Below, piece by piece: positions 63,526-64,000 of a stretch of 64,000 nucleotides of DNA. The translations under genes and the position numbers were made by a program. The notes under the pieces were generated by a model. It worked only from the letters and a program-made list of their open reading frames with translations, searched no databases and was not told the origin of the DNA. Source of the DNA: Laetmonice hystrix (Eukaryota); NCBI GenBank assembly GCA_965235115.1, contig OZ249436.1, forward strand, positions 47,866,001 through 47,930,000. Direction: 5' to 3'. Within the stretch, counting starts at the first letter, position 1. Each line of letters begins with the position of its first letter.

Positions 63526-64000
63526 CCGGGGGACACAAACACATGAGCCATCAGATCGGGTAGCAGTACGTCAGGTTCCCCGGGGGACACAAACACAGGA
63601 GCCATCAGATCGGGTAGCAGTACGTCAGGTTCCCCGGGGGACACAAACACACGAGCCATCAGATCGGGTAGCAGTACGTCAGGTTCCCCGGGGGACACAA
63701 ACACACGAGCCATCAGATCGGGTAGCAGTACGTCAGGTTCCCCGGGGGACACAAACACACGAGCCATCAGATCGGGTAGCAGTACGTCAGGTTCCCCGGG
63801 GGACACAAACACATGAGCCATCAGATCGGGTAGCAGTCCGTCAGGTTCCCCGGGGGACACAAACACATGAGCCATTAGATCGGGTAGCAGTACGTCAGGT
63901 TCCCCGGGGGACACAAACACATGAGCCATCAGATCGGGTAGCAGTACGTCAGGTTCCCCGGGGGACACAAACACATGAACCATCAGATCGGGTAGCAGTC
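63526..64000. repeat. Tandem repeat, 54-bp unit, ~9 copies, running off the window end
   Basis: ccgggggacacaaacacatgagccatcagatcgggtagcagtacgtcaggttcc is repeated. Confidence 0.97.

Noticed and set aside
63522..63983. 153-aa repeat protein (VFVSPGEPDVLLPDLMA)n
   Set aside because: It is the in-frame reading of a 54-bp tandem repeat, with no other gene evidence.

Overview
Eukaryotic, intron-rich invertebrate DNA. The SINE and MITE types suggest a mollusc or other lophotrochozoan, which is an inference. Two spliced genes were reconstructed by hand with consistent exon phases and lie head-to-head, ATGs about 1.2 kb apart. (1) A BTBD1/2-family BTB-BACK-PHR gene on the minus strand (18263->14536, 4 coding exons, 636 aa). 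(2) A PARP6/PARP8-family mono-ADP-ribosyltransferase on the plus strand (19497->62885, 20 core coding exons = 832 aa, plus two candidate frame-preserving micro-exons = 860 aa). The PARP carries an exon encoding a clear UBA (ubiquitin-associated) domain that I do not know from human PARP6/8. Two of its splice sites are locally duplicated: a tandem array of extra 5' donors after one exon, and a frameshifted decoy acceptor that has a Helentron/DINE-1-like element inserted into it. The remainder is tandem repeats (17, 23, 45, 49, 54, 56, 58 and ~80 bp units), tRNA-derived SINEs, MITEs, a nested Harbinger cluster with transposase remnants, and a patchwork of old local duplications in the first 8.5 kb. 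The long ORFs at 33.5-37.3 kb and 63.5-64 kb are repeat artefacts. No database searches were possible, so all family calls rest on recognised motifs.
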